From Phaeosaccion multiseriatum (lineage: Eukaryota; Protista; Ochrophyta, other classes): a stretch of DNA of 64,000 bases. Location of the stretch: contig OZ218954.1 of assembly GCA_965112735.1 (NCBI GenBank), positions 2,604,001 to 2,668,000 on the forward strand. The letters are read 5' to 3'. Position numbers and translations under genes: made by a program. The notes beneath the pieces are model-generated. The model had not been told where the DNA came from. It worked only from the letters and a program-made list of their open reading frames with translations, and did not search any database. Positions 1 to 10,821 of the stretch are shown here, piece by piece (the stretch's first letter is position 1; each line of letters opens with the position of its first letter).

Positions 1-1588
1 GTGTGCGTAACGAGGTTGTAAGGCTGGAACGGACTGCTCGCCAGGAAGTCCTCGACGGCCAGGCACAGCTCCTTCATGACAGGAGGCACATGCGGACAGT
101 CTGTCGGCCTCCCAACTCTCAGGCAGCCGTCTTCGAAGGCACCCTGCCGAAACCCCACCACGGGTTTCCCTGAGCGAGAGGAGGGGGGTGCTTGTTGACG
201 CTGGGCAGGGCGGGCGAAAGAGAAATGTTGGGAACTCCTGAAGGGCTCACCTTGCTCGTCCTTGGCAATGCTAAACTCACACTTGTTCCGATACCCCTCT
301 TTCCTAAAGGAAAGCAAAGGTTATGCGTGTCAGTCTTCCTCGGCCTCGGATTGTAGATAAAAAAAAGGGTAACAAAAGTAGAAGGAGGCCTCACTTGGGG
401 GCCGCGAGAATGGGGTCCATTTGAAAGGCCAGCTCCTTGCCTCCACTTGCGGCCAGCCATTCCGGGATAGTCAGCGCCTTGATCTTATCCTCGCTCTGAA
501 AGCACATCAGTTGCAAAATAGAGGAATGGGCTCTAGTCTGGTTTCATCCCTGGCTCACAGTAAAAGGTTTCACCCACCAGTTTCTCCTTCGGCGCCGATT
601 TCTTTCGCTTAATCATTTCCTTCTTGATGAGATTTTGCATCTTGAGTAGGCTCTCGTTGAGCATTGCTTTCTCCTTCTGGGCCTTCAAGGGTTTTAGGCA
701 CGAGATACAGACATGAGAAGAAACAGAAGCACCTCTAGACCGTCCTTCCCCCCCCCCCTCGCTGTACTCACCAGCTGATCTTCATAGCTCATGTGAAACC
801 ATGGGCAAGTCTGACACAAGAAACGCACAGCAGTAGGTCATAAGAAACACTCAAGATCAACTTATTTCCGTGCGGGAGAGGAGCTTACCGCCTCCACGAC
901 GCCCTTGACCTCCCTGGGCTTCTTAGTCACGGCTCTGGGGTCGTCTTCATCGCTCCTTCCCCTTTTGGTCATGAGCATCAAAGCTTCCTCCCTTGTAGTG
1001 GGGCGGCCACTCCTAGTCACCTGGTTGTGCCAAGAGAGAAGGCTCAATACACGATATAGGCGGCCCTTGCCTCCCTCCTCCACGCACCGTTATAGGGCGC
1101 CCCTTGCACACCCACTTCTTCAGGAGCTGCAGCGCCTTGTCGGCCTCGTCTGTGTCCTTGAAGGTTAGGAGGGCCATGGACCGCTTCGGAATCTTCGTCA
1201 CCTTGTGCACAGAAAAGCCGAGCCCCTGCTGCGCCAAGCTGCGCTCTACGTCACGCCGCCCCAAGTACTTGTTGAAGCCGCAGGCCACAAGCTTGGGCCT
1301 CTCAGTATTGTCCACCCCGAGGGAAGCTCCCTCCATCTCTCCTAACCCTTCTGGCTCTTCCGTATTTGCGGCCGCGGCTGGAGCAGCCCCCACAGCGACG
1401 GAAGATCCCTCCCCAGATCCGGGTTCTTCCGGCTCTTCCGTATTTGCGGCCGCGGCTGGAGCACCCCCCACAGCGACGGAAGATCCCTCCCCAGATCCGG
1501 GTTCTTCTGCAACATCGCCCCCCGCTGGAGCAGCGGCAACAACATTGGCCCCCGTTGGAGCAGCGGCGGTAGTAGGAGAAGTATCCAT
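1..1588 (-). CDS. TRMT2A: tRNA (uracil-5-)-methyltransferase TRMT2A-like, 5' part of a multi-exon gene; 3' end lies outside the window
   Basis: RRM-like segment (LVACGFNKYLGRRDV...MALLTFKD), then spliced exons give CPWFHMSYEDQL and YRNKCEFSI, matching the TRMT2A 'PLWxxPYxEQL' and 'YRNKCEF' motifs. Start could also be the ATG at 1615 or 1669. Confidence 0.85.
1353..1507 (-). repeat. In-frame 78-bp tandem duplication (2 copies) in the TRMT2A N-terminus
   Basis: EEPGSGEGSSVAVG(G/A)APAAAANTEEP occurs twice; units start at 1353 and 1431 and are near identical. Confidence 0.95.
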
Positions 1589-1722
1589 ACTGCCCCTGGT
1601 GAGAATGGCGCCCATATAAGAGGGGGGAGAGAGAATGAAGGGGGTGCGGATTACAACTCGCCTACTCATCACAAATGGCTTCTCTCTCTCTCATTTTCTC
1701 TTCATAGATGGCACTTAATAAA

Positions 1723-1765
<43 letters not shown>

Positions 1766-2120
1766 ATGAAGCGCTTTTCCCCGCTGTTCGGGGAAAGCTG
1801 GAGGTGGAGGCAGAGAGGAAGAGGGTAGCACTATTCCACATGGGACCAGCCAGCGCGAGGGGGAGAGGCCGATGGAAATGAATAGGCTCGGTGGAGGCGA
1901 GGGGAGAGACAACCACCACCACAATCTCACCAGCAGCAGCAGCAGACGCGGACATGAGACATGCATTCATTTCCTGGTGCAGGCACGAAGTAATGAAGGT
2001 GGTGCAGGCACGAAGTAAGTCTATGGTCATTCTTCTCCTCCCGCTTGGTTGCGCGAAACGGCGGCATCTGGATGCGAGATGCGACGCTGATATACCCATG
2101 GGTCTCATCGCTCGACCCTG

Positions 2121-2330
2121 ACCTGCTACCTGCTACCTGCTACCGGCGGCGTCAGCGGGCCTACTACCTGCTACCGCCGCATCAACCGGCTTCGACCTGC
2201 TACCGGCCGGCGTCATCGCGTCAGTCGGCCTGCTCGGCCGGCTCCTGACATGCTTTCCTCTTTGGGGGGGTTGCTTCTGCATCAGCCGGCCTGCTGCCTG
2301 TCAGCCGGCCCGCAAGTAGCATGCTACCGA
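2121..2330. repeat. Degenerate array of (CTACCTG)n plus GCCGGCGTCAGCCGGC-like core; member of the dispersed GCCGGC family
   Basis: About three units such as acctgctacctgctacctgctaccggcggcgtcagcgggc, plus tcagccggcc at about 2282 and 2301 and the palindrome gtagcatgctac. Confidence 0.7.
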
Positions 2331-2776
2331 AAATAAGGAGGTAGCACGTCAGGGATCGATCACCTGCCCGAGGTTTCGGCCTCTCAGACACTCGTCTCCA
2401 GTCACCAGAAGAAAGGGGAGAAGAGCATACAGAAGAGCTACTGCAGCAGTAAAGCATATGTGCAGGACATGCATGTAATGGAATGGAACGCTTGCTTCAA
2501 CCCCCCCCCCCTCCCCCACGCCTCCTTCATTCGCTGGCGACCTTTCCTTTCATTTATAATTCTATTTATTCTTGCAGCTGCTGCTGGCTCCTAATGGCCT
2601 GACGTTGCAAGTCATTCGCGACTGACACTGGGTCGGACAGACGCGAGAGCTTGAAATATGGTCCATATCCCCTACATTTAGGGACGAGTGGCGACGCTAT
2701 CTCCGCAGCGTGTAAAGAAGGAAAGTGAACCACTTGGAAGGATAAACAACGCCGGAATATCTCTTCTTCTTCTAGG

Positions 2777-3928
2777 CTACACCATGTTGACTACGGCAGG
2801 CAGCTGCATCATCTCTCCCGTGCGCAGACTGACAATGTAGTAGTAAAAGAAGTCTCCCATGATAGCGATGTGCACAAACTGTGTCAGCAGCACGAAGGGC
2901 CCCACCATGGAGCTATTGGTTGCGCCTGTGGTGCGGTTTAGGGGTTGGGGGAGGGGGTGGATGTTAGGGGGGGTGAACAGACTGATTTTCCACCTCTCTG
3001 CGCCAAGAGAAGGGGAAGGCTCTTCTTACCTGAGAGTTCATGGTACGAGTAGGCCCAGAAGATCATGTCCAATACCCTGGAGAAGCCCAGGGCAAAGACG
3101 CTGTGCCCAATGAGCACCTCCACCACACCCTTGGCCTGCTTCTGGAACATGTACAGCTGGGGGACAATGGCACAGGACTCCAGGTACATGGACAGCGCCC
3201 ATGCCGTGTCGGTCACAAATTCGCGGTTCAGAGAAGGGTGCAAGATCAAGGCGAGGAGGAAGCACGGCACCACGAGCCACAAAATGCCGAGGTGGTGAGG
3301 AACATGAAGGACACCAAAGTTGTCGTAGTCTCGCTGGTAGGACCGAGCGTATTTCGTCTCAATGAGCAGTAGACAACTGAGGGCCAGCCCCAAGGATAGC
3401 CCCTCAGCAATGTGGTACACAAAATCGCCACTCTTGTCATATGGGAGGTAGCCCTCGTGCCGAAGAATCGAAGCGAGACGGAACATAAACACCAGCGAAT
3501 ACATTTGGAGCGTCTTCTTGCTCACGCCCTTGGCGTGCTTCTTCACAAACATCCTCACAAAGAGGACACTGAAGCCAAATGTCCGCGTAAAGGCAGCGAA
3601 GGTCATGAGGAAGGAAAAATCTCCGTCGCTGCAAAGCGTAAAGATGCTGCCCACAACGAGGAAGAACACGGCCCACAGCCCAATCGTCTTGTTCATCTTG
3701 CGGACCATCTCCAGCGTCCTGCAAGGCAAGAAAGCAGAATGGAGGAGGGCCGGGTCAAGTTAGACTTCCAGGACATAGGGGGGGCTATGTAGGTGAGTTT
3801 CGCAGGTGCTTGGCCGTTCAAGGAGCGTGTTCGCTACGTGCTCTTTGGCCTCGCCAGGAACACAACACCACTTACGGCCGTGGGGACGCCAAGTAGCGGG
3901 GGGACGTATTGGCGCTTGGGGAATTCAT
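2777..3928 (-). CDS. ERD2: ER lumen protein-retaining (KDEL) receptor family protein, 3 exons
   Basis: Motifs GVSKKTLQMYSLVFMFRL, SMYLESCAIVPQL and MGDFFYYY; multiple TM segments; GT-AG introns at about 3875-3720 and 3029-2926 restore the frame. Confidence 0.9.
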
Positions 3929-4300
3929 GATGCCCGTATCGCCAAGCACCGCGGGATTGTGGTTTGTGCGAGCAAAGCCCGGCTGTGCCCCCCCCGCTGG
4001 AAGTTTCAGTGCGAGTTTCAGTGCTACAACTGGCGTCGTTCCGTCGTGAAATCGTGTGAAACGATAAAACGATTTTTTTTATTTTTTTCTCTTTCTTTTC
4101 CCCTTTTCCTACAGTTGTACTGTACTAAAGAGAAAAAGAGAATCGTAAGTCGGAGGAAAATAGAGAAACGGGTTAAAGTTAGTTGGATGATAGTTACAGG
4201 GGTGTTGAGGCCACTGCCATCGCTCTCCGACCTCTTTTCCACAGAATGGTGTCTCGTGAAGCCAGCCTGATCGTCCTTGGCGGCGCTTCCAATGGGCGCA

Positions 4301-5479
4301 TCACGTTGCGTCTGCTGTTTGAAATTGCTGAAGGACTTGGCTGGCTCTGACATTGGTGGAAGACTGGACTACGCTAAAGAGGGACGTTTCGTCGGCCAAG
4401 GCTGCCTCCCCTCTCCAAGGCAAGTCTTGGGCAAACCACACGTTGTGCCCCATCAACGTGACCTCGTGCTGCGGCTCGTGAAGATGCTTGAACATTCGAA
4501 AGTGCCGCAGCGCTGAACGGTAGAGCGTATACTCACTCCACCAAAGCTGCTGCTGCTCCGGCTGCTGTTGCTGTCCCCAATTCGTAAGGAGCCACTCCAT
4601 GGCATTCTCTCCGTGCACCTCCCGTAACCTGGCCAGGACCAAGAAAGCCCCACACTGGCTGAGCACGGCCGGGGTCACACCGAACCCTCCTAATGTGCCC
4701 TGCGGCGCCATGCCCAAGACAGCCTCAGACGAAGCCCACCACGCCGAGTGCACTTCTCTGCTCTCGTCCACGAAAGTAGCCTTGTTTTCAGAGCTCAAGA
4801 AGTCAGATGTGGTCAGGTTCATCTTGGTGCAAACCACGTCTGCATCCAGGGTGACGTAGAACTCTGTTCGCACGACAGTCGATACGAGCAGTTTCAAAGC
4901 CATCTGCACTGCGTACCCTTCCCACACCAAAGAGGAAGTGTCGTCTTCGTGACGCCTTTGCTGCACGGGCAGCAGGGTTCTTTCTCGGACCACTCGGACT
5001 GGGAGTCGTTGTGTCTTGCAATCGCCTTCTTCACTGTGGAACAGCAGAAGCTGCTCAAAAACAGGAGCCTGTGCGTCAGGCACCACAACAATGAGCTCTT
5101 CGAATACGGCATTCTGTCCACCATTAGCGAAGCCTTCGCCTCGGGCAGACAGTGCGCGCTCCAGCGAATAGAGGAGAACAGCGGCGCGGTCCAAATCGTC
5201 CAACACCAACGTCAGCACTGCCGTCAGTTTCTGCACTGGTCGCACAGGAGCCGGTTCGAGCGCAGTAACCACGACTGGGATCGGTGCGCTGGAAGCCGTG
5301 ATGGTACCTCGTCCCTCGACGTCATCCGCGTCCATCAAGTGCGCCGTAAGCCATGCCTGCCCAACCTCCGCGATGGGAACGTAGACGGAAGATTGCTCGT
5401 CTGCCGAGAAGCATCCCGCAAGAGTCCCATTGACCCGTGCGCACACTCTGATCGGCAGCAGCAGCATAACGTAACCCAT
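4301..5479 (-). CDS. Putative GT-A fold nucleotide-diphospho-sugar transferase (DUF6492-like); long single exon, start uncertain
   Basis: 398-aa ORF with 'GYAVQMALKL...EFYVTLDADVV' (DxD motif), TPAVLS and WSEYTLY; hydrophobic N-terminus. Confidence 0.65.
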   Translation of the reverse strand: MGYVMLLLPIRVCARVNGTLAGCFSADEQSSVYVPIAEVGQAWLTAHLMDADDVEGRGTITASSAPIPVVVTALEPAPVRPVQKLTAVLTLVLDDLDRAAVLLYSLERALSARGEGFANGGQNAVFEELIVVVPDAQAPVFEQLLLFHSEEGDCKTQRLPVRVVRERTLLPVQQRRHEDDTSSLVWEGYAVQMALKLLVSTVVRTEFYVTLDADVVCTKMNLTTSDFLSSENKATFVDESREVHSAWWASSEAVLGMAPQGTLGGFGVTPAVLSQCGAFLVLARLREVHGENAMEWLLTNWGQQQQPEQQQLWWSEYTLYRSALRHFRMFKHLHEPQHEVTLMGHNVWFAQDLPWRGEAALADETSLFSVVQSSTNVRASQVLQQFQTADAT

Positions 5480-5839
5480 CGGTGGTAGCAGCAGCAAGAG
5501 CAGCAGCAGCAGTAGGAGTTTGTATCAACGGAGGGGGAGACAGGGGCAACACTTCTTTCACCCGTGGCCCTCTCTCACCTCTCACCTCTCTTCGCGTTTT
5601 GCACCGCCACTGTGAATGGCACAAGAGCACGAACTTCGGCAGCGTCATGGCCAAACACTTGCCAGGGTAACGGACTAATCACATTCACGGACAAGACATT
5701 CATCCCTACTTGAGCCCATCACAGGAGGGACGCACAACCGCTGTGTTGGGAGGCTAAACCCTTCTTATGGCAATGGCCCTGACCTAAACATTTTCTCCCC
5801 TCTCCTTTCCTGCTCTTCCTCTATCTCACTCTCTCTACG

Positions 5840-5886
<47 letters not shown>

Positions 5887-5929
5887 CTCTCTCAGGCCCT
5901 GGGTGATCGGCCCTGTGGGCAAAAGCAAG

Positions 5930-6499
5930 ATGCCGGGCACGTCCTCTGCTGATTCGACCTGCACGAACGAGTACTGCAATTATGGGTGGGGTGAGATCCT
6001 GACCCATTTGGATCCGTACGGATGGGCCAATATGGGGATAGGTTTTGCGCTTGGATTGTCCATTGTTGGCGCTGCTTGGGGCATTTTCCTGACGGGCAGC
6101 AGTATTGTCGGGGCGGCGGTGAAGGCGCCTCGTATCCGGAGTAAGAACCTGGTGAGCGTCATTTTTTGCGAGGCGACTGCAATTTACGGAGTCATCATGG
6201 CCATCATTCTTCTCAACAAGATCCAGGAGCCGAGCGATGACATGTCCAACTACGACTGGAGTCAAGCGTACTTTGCTGCTTATGCGCTCTTTATGGGCGG
6301 TTTAGGGGTGGGCCTCACAAATCTGGCCAGCGGTATTTCCGTGGGTGTGGCAGGGAGCAGCTGTGCTTTGGCAGACGGACAGGATGGGTCACTGTTCGTC
6401 AAGATTCTCATTGTGGAAATCTTTGCCTCTGCCTTGGGAATTTTTGGCATCATTGTGGGCATCATTCAGAGTAACTCGGCGCAGTTTCCGGAGGCGTAA
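5930..6499 (+). CDS. ATP6V0B: V-type ATPase 21 kDa proteolipid subunit c''
   Basis: GAAWGIFLTGSSIVGAAVKAPRIRSKNLVSVIFCEATAIYG and LFVKILIVEIFASALGIFG are hallmark VMA16/ATP6V0B motifs. Confidence 0.97.
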   Translation: MPGTSSADSTCTNEYCNYGWGEILTHLDPYGWANMGIGFALGLSIVGAAWGIFLTGSSIVGAAVKAPRIRSKNLVSVIFCEATAIYGVIMAIILLNKIQEPSDDMSNYDWSQAYFAAYALFMGGLGVGLTNLASGISVGVAGSSCALADGQDGSLFVKILIVEIFASALGIFGIIVGIIQSNSAQFPEA

Positions 6500-6542
6500 A
6501 AAGCTCTCTTTCCTTCCTCTGTACAGTACATTACTAACAGCT

Positions 6543-8600
6543 CTATTGCAGAGTAGCAGCGGCATGGGAGGCTTTGGGTGCCGCGGGGGACATGAGATAG
6601 TCCGAGTATTTGAATCGCAGGTGAGCCCACAGCAATGCGAATACACCAGCCACTCCGGACACGACCACGCCTCCGGTGGTCCGATGTTGTGATGGCGCAA
6701 AGGTTATCCAGCCTGTCAGTCCCATCACCACTAGAAAGAAGGTGACGCCCCATCGGAAGTAGGAAAAGGACTTGTGCCACTCCGAGTCACCCCTGACGCG
6801 GTGTTGATTCCGAACCTCGTCCTCCCGATGGGACTTGTACAAGAGAATGTTGCCAAAGGTGGCCGTCAACATGGCAATCAGCGAGCAACCAACCTGAGTA
6901 GAGAGAGCGCAAGAAGAACCAGTACGTAAGAGGCAGGAGGGCAAACCACGTGCAAGCGTGCCAGCTTGGAACATCGCCACAAGAGCGTACCGTCAAAGAC
7001 GTGGCCAGCCCGTAAAGAATGACAATGGAAAGCTCCAGATCCTTGGGGATTTGCACCTCCACCATGGCCACCATAGCAAATCCGGCTATGAGGGCAGATA
7101 GGCTCGACACTTGCTGAAACTCCGCGCCCCGAACATCGACTTTTCGTCTTTCGTTGTCCTGTCTCCTCCACTGCATCTGCACCTCCATGTGAGAAGCCTC
7201 TTTCTGCATGGCGACTTCCTCCTTTTCAAACAGCTGCAGCTCCCGCTGGCGCCATGCCATGTCCTCTAGGCGGCATTTTTGGTTCCACGTCAGCTCAGAG
7301 ACCTATGAAAGAGCAAAGAGCAAAGAGAGACGGGGGGGAGGAGTAGAAGGATGAAGAAGAGGAGGAGAGTTGTAGGAAGAGGAGGAGGAGGGGGGGTAGG
7401 AGAAAGGGGAGGAGGACGAGGAGCAGCAGCAGCAGGAGGAGGAGGAAGAAGGATTGGAAGTGGTCCATTGAAAGAGGAGGAAGAGGAGGAGGAGGAGGAG
7501 GAGGAGGAGGAGGAGGAGGAGGAGGAGGGAGAGGAGGAGGAGGAGGAGGGATTGGAAGTGGTGGAGGAGGAGGAGAAGGAGGAGGAGGAGGAGGAGGAAG
7601 AGGAGGAGAAGGAGGAAGAGGAGGAGGAGAAGCGGGAGGAGCATTGGGGGTGGGGGACTGGAGGAGGAGGAGGAGGAGGCTAAGGAAGAGGAGGAGGAGG
7701 AGGAGGAGGAGGAGGAGGAGCAGAAGGAGGAGGAGGAGGAGGAGGAGGAGGAGGAGAAGGAGGAGAAGCAGGAGAAGCAGGAGGAGGAGGAGGAGGAGGA
7801 GGAGGAGGAGGAGGAGGAAGGTGAGGGGGAGGAAGAGGGTAAAGAGGAGGAGGAGGGAGGAAGGGGAGGAGGAGGAGGGAGGAAGGGGAGGAGGAGGAGG
7901 AGGAGGAGGAGGAGGAGGAGGAGGAGGGGGAGAGAAGGAGGATTGATAGTGGGGGATTGGAGGATTGGGTGTGGGGGATTGAAGGAGGGGGAGGAGGGGT
8001 AGGAGGAGCAGAGGAGGATTGGTAGTGGGTGGTTGGAGGATATGGTGTGTGTGGGATTGAAGAAGAAGAAGAAGAAGAAGAAGAAGAAGAAGAAGGAGGA
8101 GGAGGAGGAGGAGGAGGAGGAGGAGGAGGAGGAGGAGGAGGAGGAGGAGGAGGAGGAGGAGGAGGAGGAGGAGGAGGAGGAGGAGGAGGAGGAGGAGGAG
8201 GAGGAGGAGGAGGAGGAGGAGGAGGAGGAGGAGGAGGAGGAGGAGGAGGAGGAGGAGGAGGAGGAGGAGGAGGAGGAGGAGGAGGAGGAGGAGGAGGAGG
8301 AGGAGGAGGAGGAGGAGGAGGAGGAGGAGGAGGAGGAGGAGGAGGAGGAGGAGGAGGAGGAGGAGGAGGAGGAGGAGGAGGAGGAGGAGGAGGAGGAGGA
8401 GGAGGAGGAGGAGGAGGAGGAGGAGGAGGAGGAGGAGGAGGAGGAGGAGGAGGAGAAGAAGAAGAAGAAGAAGAAGGAGAAGGACACAGCAACAGAGGAT
8501 AAAAAGGAGGTGGGGACTTCCTTTGTAACACTCGATAGTAGTGGGGAAGTGAAGGGCGGCTTACCTGAGTGCCTGTCCCAATGGCGCTCAAGAACTCCAT
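6543..8600 (-). CDS. ORAI: Orai-family (CRAC) calcium channel, 3 exons (8600-8565, 7302-6991, 6893-6543)
   Basis: TM1 SALIAGFAMVAMVEVQ is nearly identical to Orai1 SALLSGFAMVAMVEVQ (E106 filter); four TM segments; phase-0 GT-AG introns join the exons in frame. Confidence 0.9.
7330..8480 (+). repeat. Polypurine tract: degenerate (GGA)n, then perfect (GGA)120 at 8095-8454 flanked by (GAA)n; fills Orai intron 1
   Basis: Directly visible simple repeat between the predicted donor (8564) and acceptor (7303). Confidence 0.97.
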
Positions 8601-8816
8601 ACCTGCCGACGCAGTTTAAAGCCTTCGCGCGCGTGCTTGGCTACTTTGATCGAAGCATAGTTTATTGAGGTGATGGGGAAAAGGGGTAGAGCTACCACAT
8701 CATCTAGCCCCCCCTTCCGCTGCTCGTTCGCTATGGTGGCCCGGCCGCCCTCTTTTCTCACTGACATATTGTATTTCCAACACTGGGCTTGCTCCCTGCA
8801 CAGACGCTCGCTCCCG

Positions 8817-10751
8817 ATGAAGCCACGACGCAAGAAGGTGGCCGAGGGCAAGGGTGAGGAGGGAAAGATGGGCGAGGAGGGCAAGGGCAAGGGTGCGGGC
8901 AAGGGTGGGACCGGCAAGCCCTCGCCAGCGCTCGTCTCTGATGCTCGCTTCGCGGCCATCCACAGCGACGCAACCTTCGGGTCGACGAGGAAGCAAGATC
9001 GGCGAGTGAAGCTAGACAAGAGATTTGGTCACGTCTTGACAGATGAGCGCTTCAGTGTATCGGGGGGGAAAGTGGACAAGTACGGCCGTGATCTGAGGGG
9101 GGCGGGGTCGGAAGGGAAGCAACGCCAGAAGGAGGACCTTCGAGAATTTTACAGCGTGGAAGAAGATGAGCCAGAGGAGACAGCAGATGACGATAGGGAA
9201 GAGAGTAGACAAGACTACCTCACCCGTCTCTCGCGGGGTGAGGTGAGTGCGGAGGGGTCCTCTTCGTCTTCCTCCGACTCGGAAGAGAGCGAGGATGATG
9301 GTGTTGGTGGGGGAGGGGGGGAGGAGGAGGAGGAAGAGGTGCCGCTCGGGGAGGCGACTACACGGGTGGCCCTGTTGAACTGCGACTGGGAGCATCTGAA
9401 GGCTGCTGATCTGATGGTTCTTGGCAACTCCTTTTGTCCCGCGACGCAACCCATCAAGCAAGTGTCCATCTACTGGTCCGACTATGGCTTGGAAAGGTCT
9501 GCAGAGGAGGATCGTTTCGGGCCTGTGGGTATTTTTGATGGCCGCAAAGCCTCAGACAAGGGTGGAGAAGGGGAAGCTCAAAGTGAGACGCAGGATGAAG
9601 TGGGGGAAGTCCGCGAGGGGCATGTCGTGGCGAGAAAGGGCCCGGGTATCGTCATGGAGGCTTCTTCATCGATGGACGGTTTTGACGCGGAAAAGCTGCG
9701 CGCGTACGAGCTACAAAAGGCCAAGTACTGCTTTGCTGTGGTGGATTGTCTGACCCTTGATGCAGCAGAGGTACTGTATAAGGAACTGGATGGGATGGAG
9801 TTTGAAAGGAGCTCTGTAGCCCTGGACCTGCGGTTCATCCCGAATGACGTGACCTTTACCGGGCGAAAACTGAAGGACTCGTGCAAGGCCATTCCTTCGA
9901 ATTATGAGCCCTCCCAATTCATCTGCAAGGCTCTGCAGCACACCAAAGTCGAGTGCACTTGGGATGAGGCGGCGGATGATCGCACCTCCCTCCTTACTCA
10001 GCATCACAGGTGGGCAGAGGTGGACGAAGACGCATTCCAAAGCTACCTGGCGAGCTCTTCGTCGTCGTCAGGAGAAGAATCGGAAGACGAGCGATCTGGC
10101 AAGCAGAAGGATGCAGGGCGTATGCGAAGGCTGCTGCTTGGGGATGATGTGGAGGAGGAGGAGGAGGACGAGGAGGAGGAGGAGGAGGAGGAGATGTTGC
10201 CCACAGCAGGAGCAGCAGCGGCCGGCCCAGCACACACAGCAGATGATGGAGACAAGGTTGTTTCTGCGGTCGTGCATAGCGAGGACAAGAAGCGGAATAC
10301 CAAGGAGGGAGGCCGGAAGAGTAGAAAGAGCAAGCAAAAAGAAGCTCTCGCGAAATCGGTAGAGTCGGATAGTGACGAGGATACTCGTGACTACGATATG
10401 CGGGGCCTGGCTAGACAAGACAAAATGAAAGGAAAGAAGCTCAAGGGCAAGAGAAAGATGAAGGAGGAGAAGCGGGGAAAGGTCGCGGGGCAGAACTTTC
10501 AGGTGGATGTGGGCGACGAACGCTTTGCGGCCATGCTGGAAGGCAAGGAGGGTTTCGGAGTTGATCGCACTCACAAAGCCTTCAAGGAGACGTCAGGAAT
10601 GCAGGACTTGCTCACGGAGAAAAGAAGGAGGAGGAAGCGTGCGCGGGCAGAGGTGTCGAAGGACGAAACCACCACCGGCGCAGCATCATCGGGGTCATCA
10701 TCGGCTCTGAATCTCCTTGTGAAGAAGCTCAACTCTCAAAACAAAGCATGA
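8817..10751 (+). CDS. ESF1: Pre-rRNA processing protein ESF1
   Basis: DARFAAIHSDATF, VDKYGR, TRVALLNCDWEHLKAADL, KLRAYEL, DGMEFERS, LDLRFIP and C-terminal DERF (NUC153-like) motifs; intronless. Confidence 0.95.
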   Translation: MKPRRKKVAEGKGEEGKMGEEGKGKGAGKGGTGKPSPALVSDARFAAIHSDATFGSTRKQDRRVKLDKRFGHVLTDERFSVSGGKVDKYGRDLRGAGSEGKQRQKEDLREFYSVEEDEPEETADDDREESRQDYLTRLSRGEVSAEGSSSSSSDSEESEDDGVGGGGGEEEEEEVPLGEATTRVALLNCDWEHLKAADLMVLGNSFCPATQPIKQVSIYWSDYGLERSAEEDRFGPVGIFDGRKASDKGGEGEAQSETQDEVGEVREGHVVARKGPGIVMEASSSMDGFDAEKLRAYELQKAKYCFAVVDCLTLDAAEVLYKELDGMEFERSSVALDLRFIPNDVTFTGRKLKDSCKAIPSNYEPSQFICKALQHTKVECTWDEAADDRTSLLTQHHRWAEVDEDAFQSYLASSSSSSGEESEDERSGKQKDAGRMRRLLLGDDVEEEEEDEEEEEEEEMLPTAGAAAAGPAHTADDGDKVVSAVVHSEDKKRNTKEGGRKSRKSKQKEALAKSVESDSDEDTRDYDMRGLARQDKMKGKKLKGKRKMKEEKRGKVAGQNFQVDVGDERFAAMLEGKEGFGVDRTHKAFKETSGMQDLLTEKRRRRKRARAEVSKDETTTGAASSGSSSALNLLVKKLNSQNKA

Positions 10752-10821
10752 GATTGTACAGCAGGCTATCCCTTTATTTTTTTATTATTAACACCCCCGC
10801 TCTACCTATTCAATTCTGTTC

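Noticed and set aside
1975-2018. 19-bp direct repeat tggtgcaggcacgaagtaa (2 copies)
   Set aside because: An isolated short duplication with no other copies seen.
5480-5654. Possible upstream exon or non-canonical acceptor for the DUF6492-like gene
   Set aside because: A poly-Leu stretch suggests a longer N-terminus, but no AG acceptor fits. An indel error or downstream start is equally likely, and other introns are canonical GT-AG.
7303-8668. Poly-S, poly-P, poly-E and poly-G ORFs
   Set aside because: Artefacts of the (GGA)n tract inside Orai intron 1; only the first 12 codons of 7680..8600 are used.
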